A stretch of DNA of 64,000 bases from a virus (IMGVR_UViG_3300031857_023573:96001-160000), one strand, 5' to 3'. Shown: positions 18,543 through 28,634, counted from the stretch's first letter. Program-made: numbers and translations. The notes: generated by a model not told the origin, from the sequence alone.

Positions 18543-19142
18543 CTAAATCAGACTACTTGGTAGATAAAGTAAAGTTGGATTTTTCTTCTGTATTTCTACA
18601 TCAGAAAACTCTTTGTGAAATTCTAAAACATCAAATCTTTTTGTAATTAGATGATATCCATTTTTTGTTGGTATAATTTCCTCGATTTTATCACCAACTG
18701 GTCTTAGACTTTTGATAAAAGACTTTACATCTTCTAATTTAGAAATATCTTTTGAATCTATATCAACAACCCATCTTTTTTCATGTGTTTTAAGTTGACC
18801 AACTACTGAATCGAAAAGATGGTTTTGAATATGTTGACCATTTTTAATTCTTTGAGCAAGAGTGATCATCATTTCAAGTGAAACATCCTTATGATTTTGT
18901 TTTTGAACGTGTATGTAAGCTCTTGCTTTGAATATCTCACATAAAGATTTAATCTCTTCATATCGATGGTTTAGATACTCGGCACTCTCAATACAATAAG
19001 TTTTTATTGTTCTAACAGATTGATGATTGTGTCTTTCAATTTCGGGCTGATCCTTTTTTCTTTTGAGAATAAAGAGCATATAAAAGTCATCTTCTTTTTC
19101 AAAGTTTAAAAGTGGTTTTATTATTTCTAAATTATCAATCAT
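18543..19142 (-). CDS. Hypothetical protein with AEP/primase-like motifs
   Basis: WVVDIDS (DxD) followed by IPTKNGYHL (TxxGxH). Confidence 0.4.
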   Translation of the reverse strand: MIDNLEIIKPLLNFEKEDDFYMLFILKRKKDQPEIERHNHQSVRTIKTYCIESAEYLNHRYEEIKSLCEIFKARAYIHVQKQNHKDVSLEMMITLAQRIKNGQHIQNHLFDSVVGQLKTHEKRWVVDIDSKDISKLEDVKSFIKSLRPVGDKIEEIIPTKNGYHLITKRFDVLEFHKEFSDVEIQKKNPTLLYLPSSLI

Positions 19143-19834
19143 TTAAGGCTATTTTCGTACATTTTTAGTACTTCAGATAATGGTAATTGTAAGATATTTT
19201 CAAAATCTGATTTTTTGAGAGACTGAGTTTTGTTTTTAGCAATGCCCCAATCAACTACATCTAATTGGTGTCGATAGGGATCAATTATAGATTTAGCAAT
19301 TGTCTCAACAAGAATCTTGACTTGATTATTTTCTTTCTCAAATTTTCTAACAAAATCAACTGAAAACTTCTCAGGAGTATCAAAAATACTTGAAAGAGCA
19401 ATTTCTCTAATTTCTTGGATAGTTAGTCTTCTGAAAGACCAATTGGTGAATCTTATTGACCTTCCATATCCTTCTAGATTAATCATCGCGTTCCAACTAG
19501 ATGATTCTATAATTTTAGATACTCGATATTTTGCACCCTTTAATAGATACTTGTAACTGTCAACATTACAGACTACAATGTCTCCAACTTTTAAATCTTC
19601 ACAATTAAATCTTTCAACCACATTTGATACAGATTCTTGATTCACATAGTTAATTTGTGGCAAAGGTTTTCCATCTACATCAGTGAAGTCTCGACATAAG
19701 TAGTTACCAAAACCTTTAATTTTAATACGATTTATGGTCCATCTTTGGCCAACAGTAGTGTTGTTGAAAGAATCGGCGATATATTCACCTCCTTTCAAAA
19801 GTTTTTTACTTGATTTTTTACTTATTACTTTCAT
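19139..19834 (-). CDS. Hypothetical protein (231 aa) with KOW-like segment
   Basis: ORF track; DLKVGDIVVC; ATGA coupling to the downstream gene. Confidence 0.65.
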   Translation of the reverse strand: MKVISKKSSKKLLKGGEYIADSFNNTTVGQRWTINRIKIKGFGNYLCRDFTDVDGKPLPQINYVNQESVSNVVERFNCEDLKVGDIVVCNVDSYKYLLKGAKYRVSKIIESSSWNAMINLEGYGRSIRFTNWSFRRLTIQEIREIALSSIFDTPEKFSVDFVRKFEKENNQVKILVETIAKSIIDPYRHQLDVVDWGIAKNKTQSLKKSDFENILQLPLSEVLKMYENSLK

Positions 19835-19835
19835 A

Positions 19836-20507
19836 TTACATTAAGAATCTTAAATTATTTTGAATTAAACTATCTGTTATTAGTTCTTTATTTTTATCTA
19901 TATCTAGATTTCTTTTGGTGTTTAATTTACTGAGATAAAGATCAACGATTTTTTCATCCATATTATTGATTTGTTCAACAACATCTGGAGCGCTATCATA
20001 GTTATGAATTATATAGTGAGATTTATTATTTTTATCAAGATCTGACATTTCTTTACCTAAAAGATCCCAAATATATTCAACTCTCATACCAGTTTCATAC
20101 TTACAACGCATTGCTCTTTCCTCTTTTGGTGCAAAAACTGAGATCATTCTATCGAACTTCTTTTCCCACTTTCTTTCAAAAATAATTGAGCTCTCAAATA
20201 TAACATAAGCTGAGTATTTGTGTTTCTTTTTAAAAGATTCCCAAGCTTGAAAAAGTTCAAATTCAACTACATCTATTGTTCTATCAAAAATAGAATCACA
20301 AACAAAAGCATTTGGATCAAGAAAGCTATTCTTGTAAACAAAAGATCCAACATTTGACTTAATTGGCTCTTCTACATAGGTTCTAAAATTAAGAATAAAT
20401 TTTAGAACAGTATCTGCATCAAAAACTGGAATTTGTATTTGATTGAATATTTTAGCGACAGTAGATTTACCAGAATATCTAGAACCTGTTAATCCGATTT
20501 CCAACAT
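19836..20507 (-). CDS. coaE: Dephospho-CoA kinase
   Basis: IGLTGSRYSGKSTV P-loop, PVFDAD, IFESSIIFE, FDRMISVFAP..R, YIIHN. Confidence 0.8.
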   Translation of the reverse strand: MLEIGLTGSRYSGKSTVAKIFNQIQIPVFDADTVLKFILNFRTYVEEPIKSNVGSFVYKNSFLDPNAFVCDSIFDRTIDVVEFELFQAWESFKKKHKYSAYVIFESSIIFERKWEKKFDRMISVFAPKEERAMRCKYETGMRVEYIWDLLGKEMSDLDKNNKSHYIIHNYDSAPDVVEQINNMDEKIVDLYLSKLNTKRNLDIDKNKELITDSLIQNNLRFLM

Positions 20508-20525
20508 ATTTTTATTTTATAAATA

Positions 20526-20557
20526 CAAAGATAAGAAGATTTTTTCAAAAAATCAAA
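20526..20557 (-). promoter_or_regulatory. Bacteroidota-type promoter (-33 TTTG, -7 TATCTTTG)
   Basis: TTTG 20554-20557, 20-nt spacer, TATCTTTG 20526-20533, upstream of coaE. Confidence 0.65.
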
Positions 20558-20564
20558 TATTTTA

Positions 20565-21533
20565 GTGAATTATACGCCTCAGCAACTTGGATTTATTCTA
20601 TACAACAACCGATCAGTTGATGGTGTTGTTAAAAACTTCATTGATGAATCGATTAATCCTAATAAACTTATAGATATCGAAAAGAAGTTTGATTGGTGCA
20701 AATCACTTTATCAAAACACTGGGAAAATGGTCGAAGTAGATCTTAGTTTATTAAAATCTAATTCCGAAGATGAAATTATAATGCCTGAACAACTTAGCAG
20801 ACTTTCTGATTTTGTTAGTTTCAATATTGGTAAGTTTAATGAAAGTGAATTTAAATTTCTAAAAAATCGTGGAATTGGTGAGAATATAATAAATTCCTAT
20901 AATATATTAGGACTATCAAACTTTAAAAATATAGATGATTTAAAAACGATTGGTGCTACTTGTCATCCGGTATTAAATGGATTTTTACAAGATGGTATAA
21001 GCGAAGGTGGTATAGTTATACCACTTTTTAAAGGGGAAAATTTAATAAACTGTTCTATCAGGCGGATTTCTGACGTTGGTAAATTAAAATATACTTTAGC
21101 AGTCCCTGACTTACCAGTTTGGGGATTATCAGATATTGGTGAGTGTGAAAACATTTGGATTTGTGAAGGGTTGTTTGATATGTTTGCCTTAAAGTCACAA
21201 GGATTAAAGGCGGTCTCTCCTTCTTCTGCAATGTGGTCTGGAATACAGCTTTATCAATTATTAGAAAAAAAACCTCAAAGTATCACAATTTTCTGTGATA
21301 ATGACAGAGTTGGATTACAAACTGGTATTACTTTGTCTAAATTTTTCACACTATATAAAATTGATTCAAAAACTGTTCATTCAAAAATATGTAAAGATGC
21401 GAGTGAGCATTTTTTTGAAAAGAATCTAAATATAGATGATGTAGAAATAATTAAAATAACTAGAAAAATGATCGAAGAAAAAAATGATAACTCATTTGAC
21501 TTTTTAAAATACTTACAAAAACGAAAATTCTAG
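20565..21533 (+). CDS. TOPRIM-domain DNA primase-like protein
   Basis: FLKNRGI, IVIPL, WICEGLFD, TIFCDNDRVG, KDASE; GTG start. Confidence 0.7.
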   Translation: MNYTPQQLGFILYNNRSVDGVVKNFIDESINPNKLIDIEKKFDWCKSLYQNTGKMVEVDLSLLKSNSEDEIIMPEQLSRLSDFVSFNIGKFNESEFKFLKNRGIGENIINSYNILGLSNFKNIDDLKTIGATCHPVLNGFLQDGISEGGIVIPLFKGENLINCSIRRISDVGKLKYTLAVPDLPVWGLSDIGECENIWICEGLFDMFALKSQGLKAVSPSSAMWSGIQLYQLLEKKPQSITIFCDNDRVGLQTGITLSKFFTLYKIDSKTVHSKICKDASEHFFEKNLNIDDVEIIKITRKMIEEKNDNSFDFLKYLQKRKF

Positions 21534-21547
21534 TTAATATATATTCT

Positions 21548-22096
21548 ATGAGTCATTTAAAAAGATTTTATGAATTTATAAATAATTCTGATTCAGATGA
21601 TATATTAGATATTTTACAAGATTTTGCAGAAACTAAACCAAATATTTGGAAGCATCAATTTGTAGAATATACTAATGACTTGCTAGTTGTTTATTTTGAT
21701 AATGTAGATAAAATGAACCGAATCAATTTTGATGAGATTGGGCAAAGACTAGAATCATTTGAATATAAATTAGTATCTTTTTTTGAACAGTCAAATGATT
21801 CAGTTTGGTTTTTGATTATGAGTGATGATCTATATTCTAAATATAGGCAAATGAATTTTAAATTCATCGAGGATTTTTTTAACGATAACAGAGAATTTGG
21901 ACATGAATTGATAGAATACACTACCGGTGACTGTATCGAAATAACTTCAACTGGTGATGAGGTAAACATCTGGTCAATTAGTGATGGTTATGTTGAAAAA
22001 GATTCAGAAAATAGAGTTTGTGCAAATATTTATTTACTCGAAGCACAGCATAGGATTTCTGGTATTATTAAATCTTTATCAGTTAGAGGATTTTAA
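21548..22096 (+). CDS. Hypothetical acidic protein, possible internal head protein
   Basis: N-terminus MSHLKRFYEFINN; AATATATA 4 nt before ATG. Confidence 0.6.
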   Translation: MSHLKRFYEFINNSDSDDILDILQDFAETKPNIWKHQFVEYTNDLLVVYFDNVDKMNRINFDEIGQRLESFEYKLVSFFEQSNDSVWFLIMSDDLYSKYRQMNFKFIEDFFNDNREFGHELIEYTTGDCIEITSTGDEVNIWSISDGYVEKDSENRVCANIYLLEAQHRISGIIKSLSVRGF

Positions 22097-22106
22097 TATA
22101 TAAATT

Positions 22107-23072
22107 ATGAAAATCAAAGGGTATAATCAATTTATATTAGAAAATTTTAACTCAAGAAAGTTTGACTCAGATTTCAATGATTTTATGTTCATCTATCAAA
22201 ATGAGATAGTCCCTAAAATTGGTGAGGTAGAGATTTTTACTAACCATATGTTAGATGGTATTTTAGATGAAAATAAAAAGTCTATATTTCATAAGCTTAG
22301 AAAAAGCTTAATTGACGCGAGAAGTGAGTTTGTCGACTCTATAAAATCAGTTTCATATCATGCGGGTAGCTTTAGTAGTTTAGCGTCAAAAATAAATTCT
22401 AACCCAGATGAAGACGTTGAAGAAATGCAAAAGTTGTTAGACAGAGCTGGATTTACGTTAGAAACATTAAAAAAATTATTTAATCCGGTAGTTTCTGTTT
22501 TTACATCTGAAAGTTTTGCCAGATTTATAGAAATACACTCACTTGATGAGCAAAATGGTTATGTTGATATCTATCTTTATAAATTAAATGAGAAATTAGA
22601 CTTAAATACAACTGTTTGGTTAGGTGGTGCAGGCTGGGGAGATGCTCTTAATGATAATCCTGAAGAAGAATATGTTGTTAAATATTCATATGGATATCAC
22701 AAAACACCATATGGTAAGATGCTACTTGATCAGATGAATATATCGAAGGAATCATTTGTTGAGACAGCTTATCTTTATTTGAAAGATTGGATAATTGAAA
22801 ATGTTTCAGATGGGATTCTTAGAGATTTGAAAAAGATGACTCAAATTACTGTCGATATAGATTTAAAATTAGAACAATATATAGATTTAGATGATGATAG
22901 ATTTATAATAAGATATTCTGATCTTTGTGATGATTTTAACAAGATGACAGGTGATAAATATTCAAATAATATCAGTCCAGAATGGTTTAAAGAATCAATT
23001 TTAGCAAATATGTCTGTAATAAGACATCTAAACATACAGGATACAGGAGAGGAACTAATTTTTAATGAGTAA
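22107..23072 (+). CDS. Hypothetical acidic protein, possible internal head protein
   Basis: N-terminus MKIKGYNQFILE; AATATATA 4 nt before ATG. Confidence 0.6.
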   Translation: MKIKGYNQFILENFNSRKFDSDFNDFMFIYQNEIVPKIGEVEIFTNHMLDGILDENKKSIFHKLRKSLIDARSEFVDSIKSVSYHAGSFSSLASKINSNPDEDVEEMQKLLDRAGFTLETLKKLFNPVVSVFTSESFARFIEIHSLDEQNGYVDIYLYKLNEKLDLNTTVWLGGAGWGDALNDNPEEEYVVKYSYGYHKTPYGKMLLDQMNISKESFVETAYLYLKDWIIENVSDGILRDLKKMTQITVDIDLKLEQYIDLDDDRFIIRYSDLCDDFNKMTGDKYSNNISPEWFKESILANMSVIRHLNIQDTGEELIFNE

Positions 23073-23862
23073 AATAGCAGCCATATTAAGAGTTCTGACA
23101 TTCATTAATATAGAAATTATTGGAATGGTTATTTTCATGTTAGCTTCTATAATTTTTGGAATAATTTACACGATTAATACAATTGACTATATTGAGTATA
23201 TAGATAAGAAAATCATATCTAATTCAGAAAGTACAATCATACTCTCTAATAACATCAATAAATTAAATCTTATTGATCACACTATAATAAAAAAATCAAC
23301 TCAAGGTGAAGATATACAAAATAATCTAGTCGATTATTTAGCATATAGAGATAGTTTTTTATTAAACGATAGAGAAATTGTAAAATTTGATTCTCTCACA
23401 AATAAAAAAATTGAAATATCCAACAGAATATATCACCTGAATAGTCAACCTATTCATTTAGAAAAAAGAGAATTTGAACTGGTTGATCTCTCTTTAATAA
23501 AAAAAGAGAGTTTGAAAAAGTTAGAATTTTCTGATAAATTTTTGAAAATCACTATTTCTAAATACAAACATCAAATATCTGATGAAGTAAGATTTTTACT
23601 AATTCAATACAATAAATTATCTTATTTAGCCTCTCACTTACTTAATTTCAAAATAGAGCAGAATAATTCAAATAACATAAGATCACAAAAGATACTAGTA
23701 AATAATCTCAAATCTAGATTTATTAATTATATTATAACGATAATTGTTATTTTAATTTTGTTTTTGATAGTACTTATTTTCTTAGTACGTGATATTAAAG
23801 TAAAATCAAAAATTGAGAATAGAAACAAATATTTAATATCTCAACTTTTAAATAGAAAGTAG
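23065..23862 (+). CDS. Membrane protein with two TM helices flanking a helical extracytoplasmic domain
   Basis: Hydrophobic IIGMVIFMLASIIFGIIYTI and YIITIIVILILFLIVLIFLV segments. Confidence 0.65.
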   Translation: MSKIAAILRVLTFINIEIIGMVIFMLASIIFGIIYTINTIDYIEYIDKKIISNSESTIILSNNINKLNLIDHTIIKKSTQGEDIQNNLVDYLAYRDSFLLNDREIVKFDSLTNKKIEISNRIYHLNSQPIHLEKREFELVDLSLIKKESLKKLEFSDKFLKITISKYKHQISDEVRFLLIQYNKLSYLASHLLNFKIEQNNSNNIRSQKILVNNLKSRFINYIITIIVILILFLIVLIFLVRDIKVKSKIENRNKYLISQLLNRK

Positions 23863-23871
23863 GTAGTCTTT

Positions 23872-23902
23872 TGTGTAATATATAAATGTATAAAATTACA
23901 CG
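23872..23902 (+). promoter_or_regulatory. Candidate late promoter AATATATA (23877-23884) overlapping a GTGTAAT/ATTACAC hairpin
   Basis: 7-bp inverted repeat ending shortly before ATG 23908. Confidence 0.4.
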
Positions 23903-23907
23903 AAAAA

Positions 23908-25014
23908 ATGATTATAAATTTAAAATCTCAGTCAAATTTATCAGGCCTTTACGTTGTCTATGAAGGTTCAACTAATATAGAAAAAAAAGGAAACTTTGGG
24001 ATCAGCCATCTTATGGAACACTTAGTTTGCAAGACATTCTTCCATATGATTCAAGATTTTGATAGAGATGGTATTGAGTGGAACGCCTATACTTCATCAA
24101 ATGAAATTGTATTTTACATGACTGGTCTTGATGAAAAAATTGACAAGCATAAAAAGGAATACCTTGAAGCTTTACAAAGTTTTGATATTACAAAAGAGCA
24201 GTTCGAAAATGAGAAAAAAATCGTACTTCAAGAATATGAAGATACATTTAACGATCAGTCACAAGCACATCAACTAAATTTATGTAGAAAATTATTCGGA
24301 GACTACGACCCAATTGGTCTTAAAGAAGACTTAGAAAAACTAAAATTCATGGATTGCTTAAACTTCTATGAAATTCAGTATGCAAAGCCAACTAAAATAA
24401 TTAATGTTTCTAAAACTAAAAAACTAAAAAACTTAGATATTGACTTTAGTGAAAATATAATTGATAAGAAATTTGAATTCGGGAAACACGATGTTACTTT
24501 AGAATTAAACAATGACTTCAAAGACAAAACATCAATAATTTGTCTAAGTCCGTTTATTGAAGAAGATTTTGCCTATGTCCATTTCTTAAATGCTATGATC
24601 TCTTTAGGATTAAAATCACCATTGTATAACGAAATCAGAGAGAAAAGAGGCTTGGTATATTACATACATTGTTTTCAGTCTAGATATAACAAGCAAGGTA
24701 TAATTAGTATCGACACACAGACTTCTAATAAAAACTTTAATGGTGTGATAGATGGAATTGACACTGTTTTAAAAGATACAAAAAAGATATTAAACAAAGA
24801 TAGATTTGAATTGATAAAAGAGTATTATCTTGTTAGAAGAGAAAAAGAAGAGATTCTAAGATATAAAAATGTAAGTCAATGGATTCAACCAAAAGGTTGG
24901 TCAGTTTATGATATTTTAGATACTGTTACATTAAAAGATATTAAGAGAGTCTATGAGAAGTATTATGATTTTAGTAAATTTTATATTTCAAATGACAAAA
25001 AAGAATTCAAATAA
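23908..25014 (+). CDS. M16 family zinc peptidase
   Basis: GISHLMEHL (HxxEH), NAYTS, EKKIVLQE, SPLYNEIREKRGLVY. Confidence 0.88.
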   Translation: MIINLKSQSNLSGLYVVYEGSTNIEKKGNFGISHLMEHLVCKTFFHMIQDFDRDGIEWNAYTSSNEIVFYMTGLDEKIDKHKKEYLEALQSFDITKEQFENEKKIVLQEYEDTFNDQSQAHQLNLCRKLFGDYDPIGLKEDLEKLKFMDCLNFYEIQYAKPTKIINVSKTKKLKNLDIDFSENIIDKKFEFGKHDVTLELNNDFKDKTSIICLSPFIEEDFAYVHFLNAMISLGLKSPLYNEIREKRGLVYYIHCFQSRYNKQGIISIDTQTSNKNFNGVIDGIDTVLKDTKKILNKDRFELIKEYYLVRREKEEILRYKNVSQWIQPKGWSVYDILDTVTLKDIKRVYEKYYDFSKFYISNDKKEFK

Positions 25015-25016
25015 AG

Positions 25017-25229
25017 ATGAATACAATTGAAGACGTTGTTCAACAAATTGGTAGAGAATACGTTGAAAAAAGAATGGAAATCGAAGGAATTTGGCAATTT
25101 GAATTTGATACCTCAAAGAATAGAAAATTGAAACAAGTTCAAATAGATGAAATAGATAGAATTTATAAAGAAAAGCTCAGAGAGCAAAAAATAGAACATA
25201 TTTTATATGATACCGTACTTAGGAAATAA
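25017..25229 (+). CDS. Hypothetical protein with C-terminal LREQKIEHIL motif
   Basis: ORF track. Confidence 0.6.
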   Translation: MNTIEDVVQQIGREYVEKRMEIEGIWQFEFDTSKNRKLKQVQIDEIDRIYKEKLREQKIEHILYDTVLRK

Positions 25230-25959
25230 ATCACAACTGTCTGATTTTTTAAAACAATACGTTCCAAAAAATCCCAAAATTTGGGTTGAGCCTTTTGGTG
25301 GTGTTTTTGGCTTATTCTTCACTTTAGATCTTAAAGAATATCAAGATACGCAGTTTATCTATAACGATATAAACCCTTTGAACTGTGTACTATTTGAGAA
25401 TCTTAAAAAGAAAGAATTCTTGGATAAAGTTAAATCTACGAATGTAACTAAAGAGATTTTTTTAGATGCTTATAATAGTATTGTCAATCAAGAAGAAAAT
25501 AAAAAAGGTAAAAAGGTAATAAACGTATCAAATTCTGAACAAAGAGCACTAGCTTGGCTCATAATACTTTGTTGTGGTGATAGTAAGGAACTTATGACTA
25601 AAGAATTTAAAGGTAATTCAGCATTCGAAATTTTAAAATATAAATTACCTCGATATATTGACTACTTTAAAAGAATTCAAGTATCAAATATTGACTATAA
25701 AGAAGTTCTTAAACAACACGATAGTGAGGATACTTTTTTCTACTTAGATCCACCCTACGTTGGATTTGAGGATTATTACATCAATAGTAAATTCAAAGGT
25801 GAGTCTCATAATGAACTTTCTAAAGAAGTTAAAGACTTAAAAGGTAAGTGGTTACTAAGCTACTATAAGTTTGACAAACTAGAAGAGATGTATTCAAACT
25901 ATAAAATAGTAAGTCAGAGAGGTACTGTATCTGAAGAGTTTTTGATACTTGGTGTTTAA
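25207..25959 (+). CDS. dam: Dam-like (D12 class) N6-adenine DNA methyltransferase
   Basis: PYLGNK, WVEPFGG, YNDIN, FFYLDPPY, GKWLLSY. Confidence 0.85.
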   Translation: MIPYLGNKSQLSDFLKQYVPKNPKIWVEPFGGVFGLFFTLDLKEYQDTQFIYNDINPLNCVLFENLKKKEFLDKVKSTNVTKEIFLDAYNSIVNQEENKKGKKVINVSNSEQRALAWLIILCCGDSKELMTKEFKGNSAFEILKYKLPRYIDYFKRIQVSNIDYKEVLKQHDSEDTFFYLDPPYVGFEDYYINSKFKGESHNELSKEVKDLKGKWLLSYYKFDKLEEMYSNYKIVSQRGTVSEEFLILGV

Positions 25960-25962
25960 TTA

Positions 25963-26628
25963 GTGAAAAATATACTTATACATACTAAGTGTGGTGATGG
26001 TTATATTCACGATAATATAACTCACTCTGTCAATATGTTATTGAATTTACTTATAGAATTTAATGTCACTGTGAGTAATAATACAGGTGTATTTGATTTA
26101 GATATATCCGATTATGATTTAATCATTTTTCCAAACACAAATAATGATACATTTGATAATGATGATCAAAGACAAAGGTTTAAATCTTGGTTTCAATCCG
26201 GTGGTAAAGTGTTAGGTATTCACTCTTTTGTGGGAACGGAACGAAATTGGGTATGGTTTAAGAAATTAAAAGGGTGTTCTTTTCTATGGCATCCTGAATT
26301 GCAAATAACTAAAAATATTTTTAATAAACCAGTATCTAACATTCCTACTGAATGGTTTATTGAAGACGAATGTTACTTTGGTGAAGATTATTTTGATGGT
26401 GTTGACGTTATAACCTACCAAGATTTGAGTTTTTTAGACAAATCAGAAATAGAAGAGATAAAAAAGTATTCCGGAAAATGGTTTCCACTATATCCATCTA
26501 CTTGGTATCAAAATTATGATGGTGGTCACGTCTGGGTGACTTCACTTGGACACAACATAGAAACTTATTCAAACGAATTATTTATAAATCATATAAAAAA
26601 TGGAATAGATTTATTAAATGCTAAGTAA
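25963..26628 (+). CDS. ThuA-like (class I glutamine amidotransferase-like fold) protein
   Basis: GGKVLGIHS, FLWHP, DECY, W..NYDGGHVWVTSLGH. Confidence 0.7.
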   Translation: MKNILIHTKCGDGYIHDNITHSVNMLLNLLIEFNVTVSNNTGVFDLDISDYDLIIFPNTNNDTFDNDDQRQRFKSWFQSGGKVLGIHSFVGTERNWVWFKKLKGCSFLWHPELQITKNIFNKPVSNIPTEWFIEDECYFGEDYFDGVDVITYQDLSFLDKSEIEEIKKYSGKWFPLYPSTWYQNYDGGHVWVTSLGHNIETYSNELFINHIKNGIDLLNAK

Positions 26629-27064
26629 AGAATACTGGTCTCAGGATCTTCCAAGACCACTTAGTCCAAATGATGAAGATGTTAGTATCTTTAAAGATAA
26701 TATGATTTCGGGTAGAACTCTTCTACTTGGTTGTACAAGGAAGTTATTAGACTTATCTGATGTACAAATTGACTTAGATCCTTGGTGGATTGGTCCAAAT
26801 ACCATAACTGGAAATTGGTTAGATAATAAAGATTTTTTTGAGAATATTATATGTGATGGTGGTCTTTGTTTTACTAAAGAACTATCAGATAGTATGTTAG
26901 AAATGGCCTCTAAAAATTGTAAAGTTTTTATAAATAGATCATTTACAAGAAAACTACCAATTATGAAGATTGCTGATTACTTTCCACAATCAATTGACTT
27001 TAAAATAATACCTACAAAGACAATAGTAAAAGAAGATTATTCATTTTACATATGGAATTTTTAA
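26618..27064 (+). CDS. Small SAM-dependent methyltransferase-like protein
   Basis: TLLLGCT..DLDP..NWLD...FENIICDGG resembles a degenerate class I MTase core. Confidence 0.4.
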   Translation: MLSKEYWSQDLPRPLSPNDEDVSIFKDNMISGRTLLLGCTRKLLDLSDVQIDLDPWWIGPNTITGNWLDNKDFFENIICDGGLCFTKELSDSMLEMASKNCKVFINRSFTRKLPIMKIADYFPQSIDFKIIPTKTIVKEDYSFYIWNF

Positions 27065-28086
27065 ACCCGGATAAAGATATTGCTGAGTTATTAGATTATC
27101 TTGAAAGGTCTCAGTGGTCATTTATTCCTAATTTTAATCTAAACGGATTTAAAATAATGAATAGAAGTGATTTGAGAGATATCGAGATGAAGAATGATGT
27201 TGATGTGTCTAAAACATCTGGTTCTACCGGTGAACCTGTTTCAGTTGGTAAATCATATAAAGATTATATTTGGTATAACGCTCTTTCTATAAGGGAGTAT
27301 AGATGGTTAAAGTGGGATGTTACTAAAAATATGGCCATTATAAAGGCTGGTAATAAAATAAATGATTTATCTGGTTGGGGTATACCAAAATCTATAGAAC
27401 CTGTTCAAGGTTTTACGTTTATAAATGGCTTAAAGCCAATTTCTGAATTACAAAAATGGTTAGAAGAAAAAAATCCACATTATATACACTGTCTACCTTC
27501 TGTTTTTAAACAGTTAGATACCAGTAGAATATCAAATTTTATCGATTGGAAAGGAACTGGTGAGATTGGTGGCAAAGCTTATTCAAGTGAAGAATGTGGT
27601 ATAATTGCCTTAACTTGTCCAGATAATCCAAGTGTATATCATGTTATGGAAAATCAAATAGTTGAGGTTGACTCAGAAGGCGCCATAATTATAACTACAA
27701 CTAGCAACAAATACATAAGAAGATACAAACACGGTGACCATATTGAATTAGGAACTTGTACGTGTGGTAGAACTTTACAAACGATAAAAAAGATAAATGG
27801 TCGTGTAAGAAATATGATGTTATTACCTAATGGTGATAAAAAATGGCCTTTAGTTGGTTCTTTAGAGTACGAATCCTTTGGTATAAAAAGATTTAAGATG
27901 GTTCAGACTGAGATTGATCAACTTGAACTAAGTATTATATGTGACGATTTAGGTGGCAGAGAATCTGAACTAATTGAGGTTGTTCAGAAATGGATTGAAT
28001 TTCCTGTTAATGTTGTTATTAAGTATGTTGATGATTTTCCTAATTATAAATTCGAAGAATTTATATCTAGTATAACTACATATTAA
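27052..28086 (+). CDS. Phenylacetate-CoA ligase/CapK-like AMP-binding protein
   Basis: KTSGSTGEP, YSSEECG, IRRYKHGD, CTCGR, INGRVRN. Confidence 0.78.
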   Translation: MEFLNPDKDIAELLDYLERSQWSFIPNFNLNGFKIMNRSDLRDIEMKNDVDVSKTSGSTGEPVSVGKSYKDYIWYNALSIREYRWLKWDVTKNMAIIKAGNKINDLSGWGIPKSIEPVQGFTFINGLKPISELQKWLEEKNPHYIHCLPSVFKQLDTSRISNFIDWKGTGEIGGKAYSSEECGIIALTCPDNPSVYHVMENQIVEVDSEGAIIITTTSNKYIRRYKHGDHIELGTCTCGRTLQTIKKINGRVRNMMLLPNGDKKWPLVGSLEYESFGIKRFKMVQTEIDQLELSIICDDLGGRESELIEVVQKWIEFPVNVVIKYVDDFPNYKFEEFISSITTY

Positions 28087-28634
28087 TAATTGGTTTTAAC
28101 CCAGTCAATTAGTTTCAATAAATTTTCAGTATTATGTGTGTATTTATCTAAAAGGCCTTCTAAAAATTGAAGACGACCGATTTTATATTCAGCACCATAT
28201 ACCTTGTATTCCTCATTAATTCCAATTTCCCACTCAAGTAATTTATCAAAATCACTTTCTACTATACTCATGTCAAAATGATTGAATATCTTTGATAGCT
28301 TTTCCTCTGATTTGTGTTCTTTTGTATCTAAAATCATTTGATAAATGTGTTTAGTGTCTTCGTTTTTCTCTTGACAACAGCTAAGAAAGAATTTAGCACT
28401 CTCTTCTTCATTATTTGATTTAGACGGATCATAAACACAGTCATGGAAAAGTGCGCATAAAATAAGCTTTTCATAGTTTTTATGCGAGTCTAGATAACTT
28501 TTTGCCTCATTAATCTGATCGATTAAATCTAAAAGATGATTTTGCGTATGATAGTGTCTGTGTGGTTCATTCCACATAGATAGAAGAACTTTATAGTCTA
28601 GTTTGATATTCCATTTATCTAATAATTCTTGCAT
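28083..28634 (-). CDS. HD-superfamily metal-dependent phosphohydrolase
   Basis: RHYHTQNHL, ALFHDCVYDP, NNEEESA, ILDTKEH. Confidence 0.8.
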   Translation of the reverse strand: MQELLDKWNIKLDYKVLLSMWNEPHRHYHTQNHLLDLIDQINEAKSYLDSHKNYEKLILCALFHDCVYDPSKSNNEEESAKFFLSCCQEKNEDTKHIYQMILDTKEHKSEEKLSKIFNHFDMSIVESDFDKLLEWEIGINEEYKVYGAEYKIGRLQFLEGLLDKYTHNTENLLKLIDWVKTNY

